The notes under the pieces: generated by a model | Seen by the model: the letters and a program-made list of their open reading frames with translations, nothing else | The model's database searches: none | What the model was told of the DNA's origin: nothing | Assembly: GCA_963813535.1 (NCBI GenBank) | Contig: CAWEZH010000002.1 | Span: 1 to 64,000, forward strand | Length of the DNA stretch: 64,000 nt | DNA from: an uncultured Chloroflexia bacterium | GTDB lineage: Bacteria > Chloroflexota > Limnocylindria > Limnocylindrales > CSP1-4 | Direction of reading: 5' to 3' | Shown here: piece by piece, positions 58,890 to 64,000 of the stretch | Numbering within the stretch: position 1 is the first letter of the stretch | Layout of the letters: each line of letters opens with the position of its first letter | Position numbers and translations under genes: made by a program

Positions 58890-60074
58890 GTGAGCGTGGC
58901 CGGCGGAGCCGACGCGATCGTCGTCGCCGCTGGTGCCTCGACGCGGATGGACGGCACCGACAAGCTGTTGGCGGTCCTCGGGGATCGGCCACTGCTGGCG
59001 CACGCGGTCGGTGTGCTGGCGGATAGCCCATCGGTCGACGCCATCGTGGTCGTCACCTCGCCCGAGCGACGGGATGCGCTCCTGGCCGGTGGCTGGGCCC
59101 CATCCGAGCGAACGACGTTCGTCGACGGAGGCGGGCGACGGCAGGATTCGGTGCGATCGGGGTTCGAGGCGCTGGAGCGGTTCAGACCGGATCCGGCCGG
59201 TGAGCGCGTCGTCCTGGTCCACGATGGCGCTCGCCCCGTCGTGTCCGCGACGCTGATCGCCGACGTCGTCGATGCCACGGAACGGCATGGTGCCGCGATC
59301 CCGGCGCTGTCCGTCGACGAGACGCTCAAACGGGTCGTCGATGGCCGCGTCATTGCCACGGTCGATCGGACCGGGATGGCGGTCGCCCAGACACCCCAGG
59401 GCGCACTGCGCCGCGTGTTCCGGGACGCGCTCGCGACACCGGAGGCCGGGAACGGCACATGGACCGACGAGGCCGCGCTGCTGGAGGCCTGTAGAATCGC
59501 GGTCCATGTCGTCCCGGGCGATCCCGCCAACCTCAAGGTGACGGTCCCCGCCGACCTCGATCGGGCCGCGTCGCTCATCGCCGGGCCGTCCGTGCGGCGG
59601 CGTACCGGGATCGGGCGAGATCTCCATCCGTTCGGCCCGGGCGGGCCACTACGTCTGGGCGGGATCGAGATCCCGGGTGCCCCCCGCCTGCACGGTCATT
59701 CCGACGGCGATGTCGCACTCCACGCCGTGGCCGATGCGCTGCTCGGCGCCGCCTCCCTCGGCGACCTCGGGCGGCTGTTCCCGGCAGGGCCCGAGACACC
59801 AACGGGCATCGACAGCGGGACGCTCGTTCGGTCCGTCGTCGTGCGGCTCCGCGAGGCCGGCTGGCGTCCGGCCGGTATCGACCTGACGATCGTGGCCGCA
59901 CGGCCGCGACTCGCCGCTCGGCTCGATACGATGCGAGACGCGATCGCGGTGATGCTCGACCTCCCGGTCGATGCCGTGAGCGTCAAGGCGTCGACGGGCA
60001 ATCTCGAGGGTGCCGAGGGCGCCGGGCGGTCGATCTCCGCGCTGGCCCTGGCGACGATCGAGGCTGGCGCGTGA
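58890..60074 (+). CDS. ispDF: Bifunctional IspD/IspF
   Basis: AAGASTRM...K, VHDGARP, QTPQ, TDE, then GIG.DLH and HSDGDV..HA..DALLGA. Confidence 0.94.
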   Translation: MSVAGGADAIVVAAGASTRMDGTDKLLAVLGDRPLLAHAVGVLADSPSVDAIVVVTSPERRDALLAGGWAPSERTTFVDGGGRRQDSVRSGFEALERFRPDPAGERVVLVHDGARPVVSATLIADVVDATERHGAAIPALSVDETLKRVVDGRVIATVDRTGMAVAQTPQGALRRVFRDALATPEAGNGTWTDEAALLEACRIAVHVVPGDPANLKVTVPADLDRAASLIAGPSVRRRTGIGRDLHPFGPGGPLRLGGIEIPGAPRLHGHSDGDVALHAVADALLGAASLGDLGRLFPAGPETPTGIDSGTLVRSVVVRLREAGWRPAGIDLTIVAARPRLAARLDTMRDAIAVMLDLPVDAVSVKASTGNLEGAEGAGRSISALALATIEAGA

Positions 60075-61489
60075 GCGAAGTGCGACTCCACGACACGCTG
60101 TCGGGCGAGACCCGCCCGCTCGTCCCGCTGCTCGACGACACGATCCGCATCTACTCTTGCGGTCCGACCGTGTACGGCCCGGCCCACATCGGCAACTTCC
60201 GCTCGTTCCTCTTCGCCGACCTGTTGGTCCGTCACCTGCGGTGGCGGGGGCATGCGGTGCGCTGGGTGATGAACATCACCGACATCGACGACAAGATCAT
60301 CCGCGGGGCCGCGGCAGCCGGGGAACCGATCGGTACCTTGACGGAGCGCTACCTGACCCGCTTCCTGGCAGATGCGGACACCCTCCGGATGACGCGACCC
60401 GACGTGATGCCGCGGGCGACGGAGCACATCGAGGAGATCGTCGGGCTCATCGAGACGCTCCTCGAGCGTGACCACGCCTACCGGACGGACGATGGCTCGA
60501 TCTTCTTCCGGATCTCGTCCTGGCCGGCCTACGGCCGCCTTGCCCGCCTGGATCCCGAGCAGCTCCGGGTCGGCGAGCGGGTCGAGGCGGACGAGTACGC
60601 AAAGGACGATGTCCGCGACTTCGCGCTCTGGAAGGGGCCGAAGCCGGATGAACCGTCGTGGTCGACACGGATCGGCGAGGGCCGGCCTGGCTGGCACATC
60701 GAGTGCTCGGCGATGAGCATCGCCCACCTCGGTCCATCATTCGATATCCACACCGGCGGCATCGACCTGATCTTCCCCCACCACGAGGACGAGATCGCCC
60801 AGAGCGAGGCGGCGACGGGGCGACCGTTCGTCCAGACCTGGCTCCACTGTGCGCACCTGCGCTCGAGCGGCTCGAAGATGGCCAAGTCGAGCGGCAACAT
60901 CGCGCGCGTGAGCGAGCTCCTCGAGGCCGGCGTTTCGCCGCGGGCCCTCCGCTACGCATTGCTCGCCGTCCACTATCGGGCGGGTCTCGATCACTCCGAC
61001 GAGTCGCTGGCGGCGGCCGGCGCCGCGCTGGATCGGCTCGACACGCTGGTCCTGACGCTCGAGGCCTATCGCGAGGACGGCTCGGGGGATCCGAGCCTCG
61101 ACGCGGCACTCGACGATGCTCGTGAGGCCTTCGGCCGCGCCCTCGATGACGACCTCAACATCTCGGCCGGCCTAGGCGCCGTGTTCGATCTCGTTCGCGA
61201 CCTCAACCGCAGGATCGAGGCACGCTCGATGTCGACCGACGACGCCGGACGCGCCCTCGCCGCGCTCCGGGATATCGACCTGGTGCTCGGCGTATTGGAC
61301 GAGCCCACCAGGGAAGGGCTCGATGACGAGCTGCAGGCGCTGCTCGACGAGCGCGCGGCCGCACGCGCCGCGCGCGATTGGGCAGCCTCGGACCGCCTGC
61401 GCGATGTCCTCGCCGAGCGAGGCGTGGCGGTCGAGGACACGCGCGACGGCCAACGCTGGCGGCGGATCCCGCAGCCGACCCGTGGCTGA
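60071..61489 (+). CDS. cysS: Cysteine-tRNA ligase
   Basis: CGPTVY, HIGN, DFALWK, GRPGWHIECSAM, FPHHE, KMAKS. Confidence 0.97.
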   Translation: MSEVRLHDTLSGETRPLVPLLDDTIRIYSCGPTVYGPAHIGNFRSFLFADLLVRHLRWRGHAVRWVMNITDIDDKIIRGAAAAGEPIGTLTERYLTRFLADADTLRMTRPDVMPRATEHIEEIVGLIETLLERDHAYRTDDGSIFFRISSWPAYGRLARLDPEQLRVGERVEADEYAKDDVRDFALWKGPKPDEPSWSTRIGEGRPGWHIECSAMSIAHLGPSFDIHTGGIDLIFPHHEDEIAQSEAATGRPFVQTWLHCAHLRSSGSKMAKSSGNIARVSELLEAGVSPRALRYALLAVHYRAGLDHSDESLAAAGAALDRLDTLVLTLEAYREDGSGDPSLDAALDDAREAFGRALDDDLNISAGLGAVFDLVRDLNRRIEARSMSTDDAGRALAALRDIDLVLGVLDEPTREGLDDELQALLDERAAARAARDWAASDRLRDVLAERGVAVEDTRDGQRWRRIPQPTRG

Positions 61490-63185
61490 CCGACCGCCGG
61501 AGGATCGAAAGAAGCCCAGCGGCCCTCGCCGAGGCGGCGGGCCGCGACGCGATGGCCCTCGCCCCGGCGGACCTCGGCCCGGTGGACCACCCCGCGACGG
61601 ACCGCGAGGTCACGGGCCGAAGCCCGGGCACGGGACCGATCGCCGGCCCGGCGGTCCGGGCGGGGGTCGCGGCCCACGCGACGAGCGGCCCTGGCAGGCG
61701 GGACCGGGCGACGGATCGAGGCGCCCGTGGACGCCGGGTCCGCGCCGGGACGCCGACGATCGGCCGCAAGGGCCACGCCGCTGGGAAGACCGCCCCCCGC
61801 GTCCCCCGGGATCGCGGCCGTCCGGACCGCGTCCACCGGGCCCTCGGCCGATGGATCGCGACGACCGTCCCTACGGATCCCGGCCGCGCCGCTACGACGC
61901 ACCGGGCGGTGACCGTCAGGGGCCGTCCGACCGTCGACCGCCGTTCACCGGAGATCGCCATCCGGACCGACGCCCGCCGGACCGACGCCCGCCGGACCGA
62001 CGACCGCCATACCGAGGCGACCGCTATCCCGCCCGGCCGCCCGGTGGCTTCGGGCAGCCGCCATCTCGGTTCCAGGCGCCGGCCCTGCCGCCGCCGGACG
62101 CGCTCGGTCCCGACGAGGAGCTGATCGCCGGTCGCCGTCCGGTCGAAGAGGCATTCGTCGCCCGACGGCCCGCCGTCCGGTTACTGGTCGTGCCGCAACG
62201 CCGGTCCGCACTCGAAAAGCTCGTGCTGCATGCGACGAACCTGCGGATCCCGATCGTCGAGGTGGAAGGGGGGTCGCTCACGGCACTCGCCGGCTTCGAT
62301 GGGCACCAGGGCATCGCCCTGGTCGTGGAGCCGCGTCGCTTCGCCGGTCTCGACGACATCCTCGCCCGTGCCTCGGAGCGAGGCGAGCCGCCGTTAATCC
62401 TCGTGCTCGATTCGCTCGAGGACCCGCACAACGTCGGGTCGCTGCTGCGCAGCGCCGAGGGAGCCGGGGTCCACGGGGTGATCTTCCCGACCCATCGCCA
62501 GGCGCCCCTGAGCCCGTCCGCCGTCAAGGCGTCGGCCGGCGCCGTCGAGCACCTGTTGCTGCACCCCGCCGACGACCTGGCCGGGACGCTGGCCGACCTC
62601 CACGCGCGTGGCGTGCGGATCGCCGGAGCCGATGGCGAGGCGCCACTGACGGCCCGCGAGACCGACCTTCGTGGCCCGCTCGCGATCGTCGTCGGCAGCG
62701 AGGGCAAGGGCCTTGGACCGGCCGTCCGACGTCGGTCGGACGTGTTCATGCGGATCCCGATGAAAGGCGCGGTCGGGTCGCTCAATGCCGCGGTCGCCGG
62801 CTCGATCCTGCTCTTCGAGGCCCTGGCGCAGCGCGAAGCGGCATCGCCTCAGGCGCCAGCCTCGGCCGAGCCTGCAGACGCCGGACCGTCAACGCCGACC
62901 GAAGCGCCCGGGACGTCCGTGCCCGCGCTCGCCGCGAAACCCCGAGCTCGTCGCACCAAGAAGACCGCGACCGAGGCGGCGACGGAGGCCGTCTCGGAAC
63001 CGACCGCGAAGCCACGCGCGTCCCGCACCAGGAAGACCGCGGCTGCCCCGTCGAGCGAACCGGCCGAGGAGGACCTGCTACCGGCGGATGCGGCGCCGAA
63101 GCCGGCTCGACGATCACGCCGGCCCAAGCCGGCAGCGCCGGCCGGCGATGCCGAGCCACCGGGGGAGGAGCCCCCGCACGCTTGA
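61482..63185 (+). CDS. rlmB: 23S rRNA Gm2251 methyltransferase RlmB with long disordered extensions
   Basis: Core GRRPVEE, HQG, DPHNVGS..R, GSEGKG, IPM...SLNAAVA; about 205-aa N-terminal and 110-aa C-terminal low-complexity tails. Confidence 0.93.
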   Translation: MADRPPEDRKKPSGPRRGGGPRRDGPRPGGPRPGGPPRDGPRGHGPKPGHGTDRRPGGPGGGRGPRDERPWQAGPGDGSRRPWTPGPRRDADDRPQGPRRWEDRPPRPPGSRPSGPRPPGPRPMDRDDRPYGSRPRRYDAPGGDRQGPSDRRPPFTGDRHPDRRPPDRRPPDRRPPYRGDRYPARPPGGFGQPPSRFQAPALPPPDALGPDEELIAGRRPVEEAFVARRPAVRLLVVPQRRSALEKLVLHATNLRIPIVEVEGGSLTALAGFDGHQGIALVVEPRRFAGLDDILARASERGEPPLILVLDSLEDPHNVGSLLRSAEGAGVHGVIFPTHRQAPLSPSAVKASAGAVEHLLLHPADDLAGTLADLHARGVRIAGADGEAPLTARETDLRGPLAIVVGSEGKGLGPAVRRRSDVFMRIPMKGAVGSLNAAVAGSILLFEALAQREAASPQAPASAEPADAGPSTPTEAPGTSVPALAAKPRARRTKKTATEAATEAVSEPTAKPRASRTRKTAAAPSSEPAEEDLLPADAAPKPARRSRRPKPAAPAGDAEPPGEEPPHA

Positions 63186-63211
63186 CCCATCAACCGGCTC
63201 GGCCCTATCAT
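63182..63211 (+). promoter_or_regulatory. Sigma70-type promoter for the tRNA-tuf operon
   Basis: TTGACC-18-TATCAT. Confidence 0.65.
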
Positions 63212-63258
63212 CTCTCGGCGCCGAATGGGTCATTCTGCGGTATGCCCCTGCCCGTCGC

Positions 63259-63334
63259 GCCGACGTAGCTCAATTGGTAGAGCAGCGGTTTTGTAAACCG
63301 CAGGTTCCGGGTTCGAGTCCCGTCGTCGGCTCCA
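63259..63334 (+). tRNA. tRNA-Thr(TGT)
   Basis: Cloverleaf, loop TTTGTAA, CCA. Confidence 0.96.
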
Positions 63335-63401
63335 GAACACGTCCATCGGTGGTCGGATCCGCCACGGGGCCGCAGTCCCGATCCGGCACCGCAGCGTCAG
63401 T

Positions 63402-63486
63402 GGGTAGGTTGAGCAGGTGGTGAGCTCAGCTGGCTGTAGACCAGCCGCCTTCGGCTATGGGGGTTCGATTCCCTCCCTGCCCACCA
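63402..63486 (+). tRNA. tRNA-Tyr(GTA)
   Basis: GGGTAGG/CCTGCCC acceptor stem, loop CTGTAGA, long variable arm, A73, CCA. Confidence 0.92.
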
Positions 63487-63518
63487 ACATCGAGTAGCTA
63501 AGCCCCGATCGGTTCCGG

Positions 63519-63594
63519 GCCCACATAGCTCAGCTGGCAGAGCACTTCCTTGGTAAGGAAGAGGTCATCGGTTCAAGTCCGATTGTGGGCTCCA
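63519..63594 (+). tRNA. tRNA-Thr(GGT)
   Basis: Cloverleaf, loop TTGGTAA, CCA. Confidence 0.96.
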
Positions 63595-63654
63595 TCGCCC
63601 GATCCATCCCCTGCGGCGTCGCCCGCACCATGATCTAAGGAGTTGACTGGTCCT

Positions 63655-64000
<346 letters not shown>

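Overview
High-GC window that appears to join two different genomes at about 7,189. Bases 1-7,189 carry two S8 peptidases, an Opp-type ABC transporter, a GNAT and two sigma54-like promoters. This part is dense in single-base frameshifts and looks Acidobacteriota-like (inference). From about 7,190 the sequence is core chromosome of a Chloroflexota-like bacterium (inferred from 16S features and gene set). In order it holds: a class I LysRS C-terminal fragment, serS, a Trp T-box-controlled trp operon with a TrpC-TrpF-TrpB triple fusion, a convergent shikimate operon ending in gluQ, ferritin, all four tRNA-Ser isoacceptors, tRNA-Arg(GCG), two secreted metallophosphoesterases, pfk, a TadA homologue, large SRP RNA, dnaX-ybaB-recR, a full rrn operon, rpsA, clpC-radA-PIN/TRAM-ispDF-cysS-rlmB, three tRNAs and the start of tuf. 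Most notable: (1) an intact TadA homologue lacking the catalytic Glu (HAE to HAV) and naturally carrying the V106/N108 residues of engineered adenine base editors, in a genome encoding tRNA-Arg(GCG) with no ACG copy in this window; (2) an unclassified structured leader/attenuator before the aro operon; (3) the TrpCFB fusion; (4) very long disordered tails on S1 and RlmB; (5) a candidate sRNA with an anti-SD motif. All calls are by eye, with no database searches run.
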